Of a DNA stretch of 64,000 nucleotides, positions 8,570 through 17,571 are shown piece after piece (the first letter of the stretch is position 1; each line of letters opens with the position of its first letter). The notes under the pieces were generated by a model. The model made no database searches, had not been told where the DNA came from, and saw only the letters and a program-made list of their open reading frames with translations. The DNA is taken from the NCBI GenBank assembly GCA_963742735.1, contig CAVUMN010000003.1, positions 160,001-224,000 of the forward strand, in the 5' to 3' direction. The translations under genes and the position numbers were made by a program. The DNA is from an uncultured Actinomycetes bacterium (GTDB taxonomy: Bacteria; Actinomycetota; UBA4738; JBBDTT01).

Positions 8570-10189
8570 TCACGCCGCGCCGGAGCCTGCGCCGGAGTCC
8601 TTCGAGGCGGCCTCGAGCTGTTCTTGCGAGGGGTTCTTGATCCCGAACCCGTTGATGGCGGCGCCGAGGAACAGCAACGCCGAGGCGACCACGACGGCCA
8701 CGTGCAGGGCCCCGGTCGAGGCCTCCTTGTCGGCGTCGGCGATCTTCGCCTCGACCGGCGGGGGGAGCTCGAGCTTCGTGAAGTCCGGCGGGTTGAGCGG
8801 GGCCACCGCCTCCCGGAAGTCGGGGCTCTCGGTGTTCACCTCCGGGACCTTCTCTCCGATCGTGGCGTAGAACGAGGAAACGATCGCGATGAAGATCACG
8901 GCCGTCACCAGGGGCGCCCCGACGCGAGAGATGGCGTTGTTGATCGCCGAGCCGACCCCGGCGTTCTGCTTCGGGATGGAGGTCATGACGGCGGTGGTCA
9001 GCGGCGCGACCATCACCGCGAGGCCCGCTCCGAAGACCAGCAGGGCCGGGAGGAAGTCCACCAGGTAGTCGCCGGGAGGCAGCAGGGACCTTCCCCCGCC
9101 GGACCCGAACACCCACGGCGCGCTGGTGGCGGGAAGACGGACCAGCCAGAGCAGCCCCAGGCCCATCAGGGCCGGACCGACGGTCATGAACAGCCGCGGG
9201 CCGTGCCGGGCGGCGAGCTTTCCGAACCGGGTCGACAGGAAGGTGAGCAGCAGCGCGCTGGGGATCCCGGCGATGCCGGCCGCGGGCTCGTTGTAGCCGA
9301 GCGTGCCGATCATGAACAACCCCTGGAACGTGAAGCTGACGTAGAGGGCTCCGTAGATGACGAACGTGGAGAGGTTCGTCACGGTGAAGTTCCGGGACTT
9401 GAAGAGCGAGGGCGGGACGAGCGGGTTCCGTCGCTTCAGCATCAGGACCGGGAGGGCGATGAGGGCCAGGCCTCCCACCGCGAGGGCGATGAAGGCCTCG
9501 GTTCCGGTCCACCGGGTCTGTTCTCCGCGGATCGCGCCGAAGGCGAGTCCGCCCACGGCCACGACCACCGCGAGGGAGCCGACCCAGTCGAAGTGCCCTG
9601 CGGCGTTCTCGTCCCGCGACTCGGGGACGTGGCGCAGGGTCGCCCACACGGCCAGCAGCAGGAACGGGACGTTGATGAAGAAGGCCGCCCGCCAGGAGAT
9701 CGAGTTCACGAGCACGCCGCCGACGAACGGGCCGAGGATCGCCGTCGCCGCGGAGGCTCCCGCCCAGATCCCGTAGGCGCGACCCTGCTCTTCGCCCTCG
9801 AAGGTCGCCGTGATGATGGCCAGCGAACCGGGAACGACGAACGCGCCGGCGGCGCCCTGCAGGATCCGGAACGCGATCAGGCTCTCCATGTTCCACGCGA
9901 TGCCGCACAGCACCGACGTGGCCAGGAACCCCAGCAGCCCGATGGCGAAGACCTTGCGCCGCCCGAAGAAGTCGGTGATGGCTCCCGCGAGGATGAGGAG
10001 GGCCGACAGCGTCACGAAGTAGAAGCCGTAGACGTAGGACTGCCCCTCGAAGGCGCTCGACACGAACGAGCGGGGGAGCTCCTTGCCGATCGCTTTCAGG
10101 GCCAGGTTCACGACCGAGGTGTCCAGGAAGACGATCCCGGAGCCAAGGATGACGGCGATGAGGGTCCATCGCTTCTGGGTCTTCGTCAC
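8570..10189 (-). CDS. MFS transporter, DHA2 (EmrB/QacA) family
   Basis: FLDTSVVNLAL, GAITDFFGRRK motif A, SWRAAFFINVP; many hydrophobic segments. Confidence 0.92.
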   Translation of the reverse strand: MTKTQKRWTLIAVILGSGIVFLDTSVVNLALKAIGKELPRSFVSSAFEGQSYVYGFYFVTLSALLILAGAITDFFGRRKVFAIGLLGFLATSVLCGIAWNMESLIAFRILQGAAGAFVVPGSLAIITATFEGEEQGRAYGIWAGASAATAILGPFVGGVLVNSISWRAAFFINVPFLLLAVWATLRHVPESRDENAAGHFDWVGSLAVVVAVGGLAFGAIRGEQTRWTGTEAFIALAVGGLALIALPVLMLKRRNPLVPPSLFKSRNFTVTNLSTFVIYGALYVSFTFQGLFMIGTLGYNEPAAGIAGIPSALLLTFLSTRFGKLAARHGPRLFMTVGPALMGLGLLWLVRLPATSAPWVFGSGGGRSLLPPGDYLVDFLPALLVFGAGLAVMVAPLTTAVMTSIPKQNAGVGSAINNAISRVGAPLVTAVIFIAIVSSFYATIGEKVPEVNTESPDFREAVAPLNPPDFTKLELPPPVEAKIADADKEASTGALHVAVVVASALLFLGAAINGFGIKNPSQEQLEAASKDSGAGSGAA

Positions 10190-10252
10190 CCGCGCCCCCC
10201 CTTGGCCGTCGCCGCTCCCAACCCGGCGGGCGAGACTAGCATTCCGGCCCGG

Positions 10253-11641
10253 ATGGACTACGACGTGATCGTTATCGGCGCCGGCGCGGCCGGGGAGGGG
10301 GCGGGGACGCTCGCCGGAGAGCTCGGAACCCGCGTCGCCGTCATCGAGAGCAATCTGGTCGGCGGGGAGTGCTCCTTCTGGGCGTGCCTGCCGTCGAAGA
10401 CCCTGCTCGACTCGGCGCGGCATCGCGCAATGGGCGCGGACTATCCCTGGGACCGGGCGGTGGCCCGCCGCGACTGGATGATCAGCCGCGAGGGCGACCT
10501 CGACTACCCCGACGACTCCGGCCACGTCCGCGGCCTGGAGTCCGCCGGCGCCGAGGTCATCCGCGGCATCGCCCGCATCGTCGGTTCGAACCGCGTGGAG
10601 GTTCGCCCGAAGGACGGCGGCGCGCCTCGAACCCTGGAGTCCCGCTCGCTGCTCGTGGCCACGGGCTCGGTTCCGGTGATCCCCGCGATCGAGGGCCTGG
10701 TCGACGCCGGCTTCTGGACGAGCCGGGAGGCCACGTCGCTGCGGCACCTGCCCTCCAGCCTGGGGATCATGGGGGGCGGCCCGGTGGGCATCGAGATGGC
10801 CCAGGTCTACGCGCGGTTCGGCGTGAAGACCACGGTCATCGAGGGCAACGACCGCATCCTGGTCCGCGACCACCCCCGGTCCTCGGCGGTCGTCGCGGAG
10901 CAGCTGGAACGCGAAGGGGTTGAGCTCCGGCTCGGCGTGAAGGCCACCGCGGTCCGGGCCGGCGGCGCCGGGCGGATCGTGGAGCTCTCGGACGGGTCGA
11001 CCGTCGACATCGCCGAGTTGGTGGTCGCGGTCGGCCGCGCCCCCATCGGCCTGACCGACCTGGGCGTCGAGGAGGCCGGCGTGACGCTGAACGACCGTGG
11101 CGTTAGCCAGCCCGACGAGCGGATGCGAGTGGCGGACGGCGTGTACGTGGCGGGCGACGCCGCCGGCGGCCTGCAGTTCACCCACGTGGCCGACTACCAA
11201 GCGCGGATCGCCGTTCGCAACGCCACGGGCGGCGACGCCGTCGCCGACCTGGAGTCCGTCCCCAAGGCGACCTACACCGACCCGGAGACCGGCGCGGTGG
11301 GGATCACGGTCGAGGACGCGACGGAGCGCGGGATCGACGCGTTCGAGGTCACCCAGGACTTCTCGGTGACCGCACGCGGCTTCACCATCGAGACGCCCAC
11401 CCGCGACGTGCGCGAGGGCGCCCCCGGGCACCTCACCGCCGTCGTCGATCGCGAACGCGGCCTGCTGGTCGGCGCCTTCGCGGCCTGCCCCGGCGCGTCC
11501 GAGCTGATCCACGAGGCCACGCTGGCCATCAAGGCCAAGGTCCCGCTGCCGGTGCTGGCCGACACGATCCACGCGTTCCCGACCGGAGCACGGGTGTTCG
11601 GGAACCTCATGGCCGAGGCCCTCAAGCGCAAGGAGGAGTGA
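10253..11641 (+). CDS. Class I pyridine nucleotide-disulfide oxidoreductase (LpdA/MerA-like)
   Basis: GAGAAG FAD motif, GGECSFWACLPSK redox disulfide, GGGPVGIE, YVAGD, C-terminal HAFPT. Confidence 0.92.
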   Translation: MDYDVIVIGAGAAGEGAGTLAGELGTRVAVIESNLVGGECSFWACLPSKTLLDSARHRAMGADYPWDRAVARRDWMISREGDLDYPDDSGHVRGLESAGAEVIRGIARIVGSNRVEVRPKDGGAPRTLESRSLLVATGSVPVIPAIEGLVDAGFWTSREATSLRHLPSSLGIMGGGPVGIEMAQVYARFGVKTTVIEGNDRILVRDHPRSSAVVAEQLEREGVELRLGVKATAVRAGGAGRIVELSDGSTVDIAELVVAVGRAPIGLTDLGVEEAGVTLNDRGVSQPDERMRVADGVYVAGDAAGGLQFTHVADYQARIAVRNATGGDAVADLESVPKATYTDPETGAVGITVEDATERGIDAFEVTQDFSVTARGFTIETPTRDVREGAPGHLTAVVDRERGLLVGAFAACPGASELIHEATLAIKAKVPLPVLADTIHAFPTGARVFGNLMAEALKRKEE

Positions 11642-12966
11642 TGGAGCCCGAACCGACCCCCGAGGAGGAGCTGGCGCGCGTCCTGGAGTCCGCGAAGCGG
11701 CTGGGCGTGGAGATCGACGAAGCCGAGGCCCGCCAATGGCTGGAGGCAATGGCCGCCGAGGAGACCGGGGTCGGCGACGTGGTCCTCGACACCGAGACCG
11801 GCGTGTACGGCCACCGCGTGACCATGCTCGACTTCTCGCCGAAGGAGCTCGACCGGTTCCGGCGCATCGCCGAGATCGTCGAGATCCCGGACGTGCCGGG
11901 CCGTGTCGAGACCGCGATCGCGCTGTCCGGTTCGGCCGCGCAGTCGAAGATCCAGAGCTACCCCGGCGACGCCGACTTCTTCGAACGGATCAACATCCTG
12001 GCGCCCACGCGCGAGGAGGCGTGTCTGATCCTGGCCGAGACCATGCGCCAGAAGGTCCTCGACTCGCTGGACGGGCCGACGCACCGGTTCATCGAGGCCA
12101 AGTGGAGCAACTACCCCCGCGACGTGGAGCACGGGGGGAAGCCGCGCTCCAAGGGCTCGCCGATCGCGTGGAACGCCCAGGAGGTGGCCGACGGCCGCAT
12201 CGAGGTGCAGGAGCCGGACGGCTCGACCGCGCCGATCGCCTGGAACGATCTGGCCGGCGACCCGGGCTGGTGCAAGCTCGACTGGATCGTCGCCGATCCC
12301 ATCCGCCGGACGCTGTGCAACGCCAGCAACATGTTCGACGTGACGTGGGAGGCGCCGGACGGATCGATCACGCCGCTCGACGGCTACCTGGACCCCTACT
12401 TCCAGGAGGTGTACCTGGAGGCGTCCTCGATCCCGGTGTTCTCCAAGGTCGCGAAGCACCTGATGGGCAACGCCCTCGATCAGTACGTCGACCAGCTCGA
12501 GCACGAGATCCACAAGTACGCGAACGCACCGGAGAACTACGGCAAGGTCGCCAAGCGGATGTACAACGTGTTCCGGCTCACGGGCTCCTACGACGAGGCC
12601 GCGTACCTTCGCGAGCTCTTCGACGAGCCGGCGACCGTCCTGTACCAGGTGGCCGCGGTGATCCGGTCGCTCGACGAGGCCGCCGGCGAGGGCTCCGACG
12701 TCCCGGTCGAGACCCTGGTCGCTCAGGCGGACTCGCTCATCGACGCGGTCCAGGGGGCGGTGCCGGACGACCTCGAGGTGGCGATCGTCGACCGGCTCAC
12801 CCAGATCCGGGAGAACCTGCTGACCGGAGGCGACCCCAAGGACCGGACCGAGCACGTTCGGGCGGCGGTCGAGGACGTCTCGGCGATGGTGAACGACTTC
12901 TTCTACGAGAAGCTCGTCGCCGTCCCGGAGATCAAGGCCCGGCTGGACGCCGCGCGCGGGACCTGA
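11641..12966 (+). CDS. Hypothetical protein with Pol-beta nucleotidyltransferase-like motif
   Basis: LSGSAAQSKIQSYPGDADFFE (GS-x10-DxD) and candidate third Asp in CKLDWIV; helical C-terminal half; strong GC3 coding bias. Confidence 0.7.
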   Translation: MEPEPTPEEELARVLESAKRLGVEIDEAEARQWLEAMAAEETGVGDVVLDTETGVYGHRVTMLDFSPKELDRFRRIAEIVEIPDVPGRVETAIALSGSAAQSKIQSYPGDADFFERINILAPTREEACLILAETMRQKVLDSLDGPTHRFIEAKWSNYPRDVEHGGKPRSKGSPIAWNAQEVADGRIEVQEPDGSTAPIAWNDLAGDPGWCKLDWIVADPIRRTLCNASNMFDVTWEAPDGSITPLDGYLDPYFQEVYLEASSIPVFSKVAKHLMGNALDQYVDQLEHEIHKYANAPENYGKVAKRMYNVFRLTGSYDEAAYLRELFDEPATVLYQVAAVIRSLDEAAGEGSDVPVETLVAQADSLIDAVQGAVPDDLEVAIVDRLTQIRENLLTGGDPKDRTEHVRAAVEDVSAMVNDFFYEKLVAVPEIKARLDAARGT

Positions 12967-12980
12967 CCGGTCAGGTCCCG
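12957..12980. terminator. Perfect palindrome over two convergent stop codons, probable bidirectional terminator
   Basis: CGGGACCTGA-CCGG-TCAGGTCCCG; no U tract. Confidence 0.55.
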
Positions 12981-13762
12981 GTGAACTTCGCCTCGCGCTT
13001 CTCGAGGAAGGCCAGGATGCCCTCGGCGAAGTCGTGCGTCTCGCCGAGCTCCTGCTGCACCTCGGCCTCGCGGTCCAGGACGTCGGCCAGCGACATGCCC
13101 CACGCCTCGCGCATCACGCGCTTCGACGCGGCGATCGCCTTCGTGGGCAGGGCGGCGAGCTTCGCGGCGTACGCGGCGAGCTCGTCCCGGAAGCTCTCGG
13201 CGTCGACCACCACGCTCGCCAGGCCGATCCGGTAGGCCTCCTCGGCGGAGACGCGGTCGCCGGTGATCGACAGCTCGAGGGCCTTGGCGTGGCCCACGAT
13301 CCGGGGAAGCAGGTAGTTCCCGCCGGAGTCCGGCAGGAGCCCGATCTTCACGAACGCCTGGATGAACGACGCGGCGCTGGATACGACGCGGACGTCCGCG
13401 GCGCAGGCCAGCGACACGCCGGCGCCGGCGGCGACTCCGTTCACGCCGGCCACGACCGGCTTCGGCAGGTCGATGATCGACAGGATCAGCCGGTTGTACG
13501 TCTGGCGGAGCAGCCCCGCGAAGTCGATCTTGGTGAGGTCGGTCCCCAGGCTCGGGTCCTTCAGATCCTGGCCGGCGCAGAACCCGCGGCCCTCTCCGGT
13601 GATCACCACGCACCGGACCTCGTCGTCGCCCGCGGCCTCGGCGACGGCGTCGCCCGCCTCGGCGGAGAGCTGGCCCGTCAGGGCGTTCAGCGAGTCCGGG
13701 CGGTTGAGCGTCAGCCAGGCGACGGGCCCGTCGACCTCGTAGCGGATCGTCTCGTACGTCAC
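12971..13762 (-). CDS. paaG: Enoyl-CoA hydratase/isomerase, PaaG-like
   Basis: LNRPDSLNA, GRGFCAGQDL, GVAAGAG, FIQAFVKIGLLPDSGG; near paaABCD. Confidence 0.8.
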   Translation of the reverse strand: MTYETIRYEVDGPVAWLTLNRPDSLNALTGQLSAEAGDAVAEAAGDDEVRCVVITGEGRGFCAGQDLKDPSLGTDLTKIDFAGLLRQTYNRLILSIIDLPKPVVAGVNGVAAGAGVSLACAADVRVVSSAASFIQAFVKIGLLPDSGGNYLLPRIVGHAKALELSITGDRVSAEEAYRIGLASVVVDAESFRDELAAYAAKLAALPTKAIAASKRVMREAWGMSLADVLDREAEVQQELGETHDFAEGILAFLEKREAKFTGT

Positions 13763-14148
13763 GGGTTCAGCTCCTTCGCGTCGACGTAGCGCTGCACGAA
13801 CGTGCCGCGGCCCACCGTGCCCTTCGGTCCGCGAACCTCGACCTCGGCCACGCACTGCTCCTCGTCGGCGAACGTGCACCGGGCGAGGATGGCCAGGCGG
13901 TCGCCGGGGTGGGCCGCCCGCAGATGGGTCGCCTCGATTCGGTACCCGACGGCGTCCTCACCCTCGGGCATGTGACGGTCGACGAGCAGCCGCCCGGCCT
14001 CCTCCATGTGACGGACCATCCAGGACGTCCCGTACCGCCGGCTCATGACCCGGTCGAACAGGACGGCGACCATGTCCTCGGTCACCTCGACCTCGTGGGA
14101 GGCCTCCTCGCCCTGGGCCGGACGCCCCGTGCTTCGCCGCTCGGACAC
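13759..14148 (-). CDS. Hotdog-fold thioesterase, FlK-like
   Basis: YGTSWMVRHME...ATHL gives the Thr/Glu/His triad pattern; coupled to paaG. Confidence 0.75.
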   Translation of the reverse strand: MSERRSTGRPAQGEEASHEVEVTEDMVAVLFDRVMSRRYGTSWMVRHMEEAGRLLVDRHMPEGEDAVGYRIEATHLRAAHPGDRLAILARCTFADEEQCVAEVEVRGPKGTVGRGTFVQRYVDAKELNP

Positions 14149-14169
14149 GGCGGCGATTCTTCCACACGG

Positions 14170-14955
14170 CTACGCGGTGCTCCGGCGGCGAGCCTCCCAC
14201 TCCGAGGCGCCGAGGAAGACGGCGCCGCCGACCAGCGCGACGAGGCCCCAGGTGTCGCCGGCGCTGCCCGCGTAGTTCGGGAACACCACCGAGGCCAGGC
14301 CGAGGACCATCGCCGCCAGTCCCGCGCAGCGCGCCGGGACGAGCCAGCCAGGCATGCGCAACGAGGCGAGGAGCCCGACCAGCGCGAGCGTGATGGCCAA
14401 CGCCGCCATCTGGGCCCAGTGGTGCTCGTCCACGTGCGAGTCCCCCTCCACGCCCAGACGCTGGAGCTCGGCCATGCTCAGGGCGTAGGCGGTCAGGGGG
14501 ACGGCGGCCGCGACGGCGAGCGCCGCCAGGATCGGGCTCGGCCGGCGCTCCGGCCGCACGAACCGAGCGCGGAAGGCCGGGCCGCCGATCGCCAGGAGCG
14601 TCCCCACGGCCACCGCGCCCGGCAGAAAGCCGATGACGAGCCACACGGGGTCGGCCGCGAGCGCCGCGGCGACCAGGCCGCCCAGAGACGCCAGCGCCAC
14701 CTGATACAGCGGCGCGACCTGCCTGCGGGCGGCCACCGCGAACAGCGGCACCGCGAGCAGGATCCCGACGAGGATCCCGCCCCCCAGGTCGTGGACCCGG
14801 TGGACCAGCCGCTCGCCGCCCTCGAACCACCCAAGGATCAGGGCGGGGAAGCCGAACAAGGCGAGGCCGAACAGCACGCCGACCACGACGGCGATCAGGC
14901 GAAACGCCCTCGGTCGCGTGATCTGGTCTCCGGTGCTCTCCTCGGTGGCGGCCAC
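14170..14955 (-). CDS. Hypothetical multi-pass membrane protein
   Basis: About 8 hydrophobic segments; HRVHD and HVDEHHW motifs; AGAGGAGG RBS. Confidence 0.75.
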   Translation of the reverse strand: MAATEESTGDQITRPRAFRLIAVVVGVLFGLALFGFPALILGWFEGGERLVHRVHDLGGGILVGILLAVPLFAVAARRQVAPLYQVALASLGGLVAAALAADPVWLVIGFLPGAVAVGTLLAIGGPAFRARFVRPERRPSPILAALAVAAAVPLTAYALSMAELQRLGVEGDSHVDEHHWAQMAALAITLALVGLLASLRMPGWLVPARCAGLAAMVLGLASVVFPNYAGSAGDTWGLVALVGGAVFLGASEWEARRRSTA

Positions 14956-14967
14956 GCGTGCCTCCTC

Positions 14968-16245
14968 TCAGCCGATGACTCGGCAGACCTCGATGGGCTC
15001 GGATCGCCCCTTCACCTGGCGCGGGCCCACCGGCTCGGCGGTGACGCCGGGCGCCCGCGCGACGGTGGACGCGGACGCCAGGACCTCGCCGCCGGCCGCT
15101 TCGGACTCCAGGCGCTGGGCGACGTTCACCGCGTCGCCCAGGACGGTGTACGCGAGCCGGCCGCCGCCGCCGACCGTGCCCGCGACCACCGTGCCGGTGT
15201 TGACGCCGATGCCGACGCCGAGGGGCGGCTTGCCCTCGCGGACATCCTCCGCGTTCAGCTCCGACTGGCGGGCCTGCATGGCCAGCGCGCAGCGCAGGGC
15301 CCGCTCGGGGTGGTCGGGGAGCGGGTCCGGCGCACCGAACACGGCCATCACGGCGTCTCCGCTGAACTTGTCCAGGGTGCCACCGTGGTCCAGGACGACC
15401 TCGGCCATCGCGGTCAGGTGGCGGGCGATGACCGTGGCCAACTCGCGCGCCGGCAGCTCCTCGGAAAGCGTCGTGAATCCCCGGATGTCGGAGAAGAGGA
15501 TCGTCGCCTCGACCTCCTCCTGTTCCCCCAGCCCCTCGGCCGAGGCGAGCCGGTCGGCCACCTGTGAGGGAACGAACGACCGCAGGCTGCGAGTGGACGT
15601 CTCCCGGTCGACGACCGCGGAGTGGAGGCGCTTGAGCTCGTCGACGGCCACGGCGGCGCCGCGTCCGACCTCGCCCGCGAGCCGCTCGAAAAGCTCCGTG
15701 ACCCGGCGGTCGATCGCCTCCTGGGTCGTGCCCAGCCGTTCCGCCATCTCGGCGTAGCCCAGGCCCTGTGCCATCAGGTCGAGCACCTCGCGGTCGGCGT
15801 CGCCGCGGTCCTCGCGCCCGGACAGCCGCTCGGCGATCACCGGGTCGATGGCCGTGCCCCCGGCGGCCACCTCGCGGATGGCCCGCACCAGCTCGTCGCC
15901 CTCGGCCACCCGCTCCTTCAGCAGATAGGCCAGCCCGGACTCGCCCCCGCCCAGCAACGCGAGGGCGTACGCCTCGTCGTCGTGGGCGGACAGGACCACC
16001 ACGCCCGTGCCGGGGTGCCGCCGGCGGATCTCGTGGGCGGCCTCGATCCCCTCGAGCTGGAAGTTCGGGGGCATCTTGATGTCGGTCACCACCACGTCCG
16101 GAAGCTCGGCGTCCGCAACCTCCAGGAGCGAGGGCGCGTCGGCGGCCACGCCGACCACGGTGACCCCGTCGGACGCGTCCAGGAGTGCGCGCACGCCCTC
16201 GCGGACCAACACGTTGTCCTCGCCCAGCACCACCCGGATCGTCAC
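14968..16245 (-). CDS. Response regulator (REC plus LuxR-like HTH) fused to class III adenylate/guanylate cyclase
   Basis: REC: EDN, VVTDIKMPP, YLLKE; HTH-like REVLDLMAQGLGYAEMAERL; cyclase FSDIRGFT, DKFSGD, YTVLGDAVNVAQRL. Confidence 0.92.
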   Translation of the reverse strand: MTIRVVLGEDNVLVREGVRALLDASDGVTVVGVAADAPSLLEVADAELPDVVVTDIKMPPNFQLEGIEAAHEIRRRHPGTGVVVLSAHDDEAYALALLGGGESGLAYLLKERVAEGDELVRAIREVAAGGTAIDPVIAERLSGREDRGDADREVLDLMAQGLGYAEMAERLGTTQEAIDRRVTELFERLAGEVGRGAAVAVDELKRLHSAVVDRETSTRSLRSFVPSQVADRLASAEGLGEQEEVEATILFSDIRGFTTLSEELPARELATVIARHLTAMAEVVLDHGGTLDKFSGDAVMAVFGAPDPLPDHPERALRCALAMQARQSELNAEDVREGKPPLGVGIGVNTGTVVAGTVGGGGRLAYTVLGDAVNVAQRLESEAAGGEVLASASTVARAPGVTAEPVGPRQVKGRSEPIEVCRVIG

Positions 16246-16268
16246 TGGCTCACCTGTAGCATCCCTCC

Positions 16269-16946
16269 ATGGCCCGCCTCCGCGTCGTCTTCGCCGAGGA
16301 CAACTATCTCGTACGCGAGGGAACCGCGGCCCTGCTCGCGGAGGTCGGCGACGTCGAGATCGTCGCCGCGGTGGACGACCTCCCCTCGCTCCTCGAGGCC
16401 GTCGCGGAGCATCGGCCCGACGCGGTGCTCACCGACATCCGCATGCCGCCGACGCATACCTCCGAGGGGATCGACGCCGCCCGGCAGATCCGCGCGGAGT
16501 ATCCGGAGACCGGCGTCGTCGTCCTGTCGCAGTTCGCGGAGGACGCCTACGCCTACGACCTGCTGAAGGGCGGCGCCTCCGGCCTCGGGTACCTGCTCAA
16601 GGAGCGGGTCGCCGACGTCGACGAGCTCGTGCGCGCGCTCGGCGAGGTCGCGCGGGGCGGCTCCGTGCTCGATCCGAAGGTGGTCGAGGCCCTCGTCTCC
16701 CATCGCGAGCGGCTCGCCGACTCGCCCGTGGCGCAGCTGACCGAGCGCGAGCGCGAGGTCCTCGGCCATATGGCCGAGGGCATGAACAACGCCGCCATCG
16801 CTCGCGCCCTGGTACTGACGGACCGCGCCATCGAGAAGCACATCAACTCGGTGTTCCACAAGCTCGGCCTCTCCGAGGAGCCCGACGTGCACCGCCGGGT
16901 CATGGCCGTCCTCGCGTTCCTCCGCGAGGCGGGTCCGCCGGAGTAG
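16269..16946 (+). CDS. NarL/LuxR-family response regulator
   Basis: EDN, TDIRMPP, YLLKERV, LTEREREVLGHMAEGMNNAAIA, IEKHINSVFHKL. Confidence 0.95.
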   Translation: MARLRVVFAEDNYLVREGTAALLAEVGDVEIVAAVDDLPSLLEAVAEHRPDAVLTDIRMPPTHTSEGIDAARQIRAEYPETGVVVLSQFAEDAYAYDLLKGGASGLGYLLKERVADVDELVRALGEVARGGSVLDPKVVEALVSHRERLADSPVAQLTEREREVLGHMAEGMNNAAIARALVLTDRAIEKHINSVFHKLGLSEEPDVHRRVMAVLAFLREAGPPE

Positions 16947-16968
16947 ACGCCCCCCGGCCCCCATCGCC

Positions 16969-17571
16969 TCAGGCACGCGCGCGCCGCCGGGCCACGGCCC
17001 GGACCAAGGCGAGCGCCAGCAGCCCGGTCGCGACGTACACCGGCACCCCCACCAGGACCTGCAGGACCATCTCCGAAAGCGTCGAGTGCGTGTGCACCAC
17101 TCGCGCCGCCACCTCCGGGTCGCGCCCGAAGATGTCCACGGCCAGCTTCCCGAGCGGGGCGTCGCGTCCCACCAGCGTGTCGTGGATGAACGGGCCAGGG
17201 CCGGTCGCGACGCCGAACAGCACGCCCACCGCGCCCACGTACAGCCCCGCCTTCAACGGTCCGGCCTTCAGCCCCGCGCGATTCACCGCCCACAGCGCCG
17301 CCGGCATGATCAGGAACAGCGCCGGCGTGAGCGCGACGAACCCGAGCGAGGAGTCGAAGAACCAGTGCGCCCAGTCGTTGATCGGCGGGCCGGCCTCGCC
17401 TCGGTAGATCGCGTGGAACCAGAACATCACGCCGCCGCCGCCGTAGGCGAGCACCGCCGACGTGACCAGCAGCGCCAGCCAGCCCAGCGGACGCGCGTAG
17501 AACGCCCGGACCCCCCGTACGGCAGCCCTCTTCGTGCGGGCGACCGCGTCTCGTGCCTCGACGGCGGTCAC
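16969..17571 (-). CDS. Hypothetical membrane protein
   Basis: About 4 TM segments; MFWFHAIYRGEAGP..HWFFDS..GPFIHD; GTG start overlaps USP stop. Confidence 0.75.
   Translation of the reverse strand: MTAVEARDAVARTKRAAVRGVRAFYARPLGWLALLVTSAVLAYGGGGVMFWFHAIYRGEAGPPINDWAHWFFDSSLGFVALTPALFLIMPAALWAVNRAGLKAGPLKAGLYVGAVGVLFGVATGPGPFIHDTLVGRDAPLGKLAVDIFGRDPEVAARVVHTHSTLSEMVLQVLVGVPVYVATGLLALALVRAVARRRARA

Noticed and set aside
10253-11641. Assignment as merA, or as the missing PaaE reductase
   Set aside because: No C-terminal Cys pair or mer genes; PaaE is a 2Fe-2S ferredoxin-reductase-type protein of a different family
8570-11749. 1059-aa minus and 1005-aa plus ORFs suggesting MFS-reductase fusions
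   Set aside because: Each is a real gene extended by stop-free antisense of its divergent neighbour; true starts are 10189 and 10253
11641-12966. Calling the nucleotidyltransferase a CBASS or toxin-antitoxin defence system
   Set aside because: No effector, Cap2/Cap3, HEPN or AbiEi partner adjacent; only the NTase-like motif is supported
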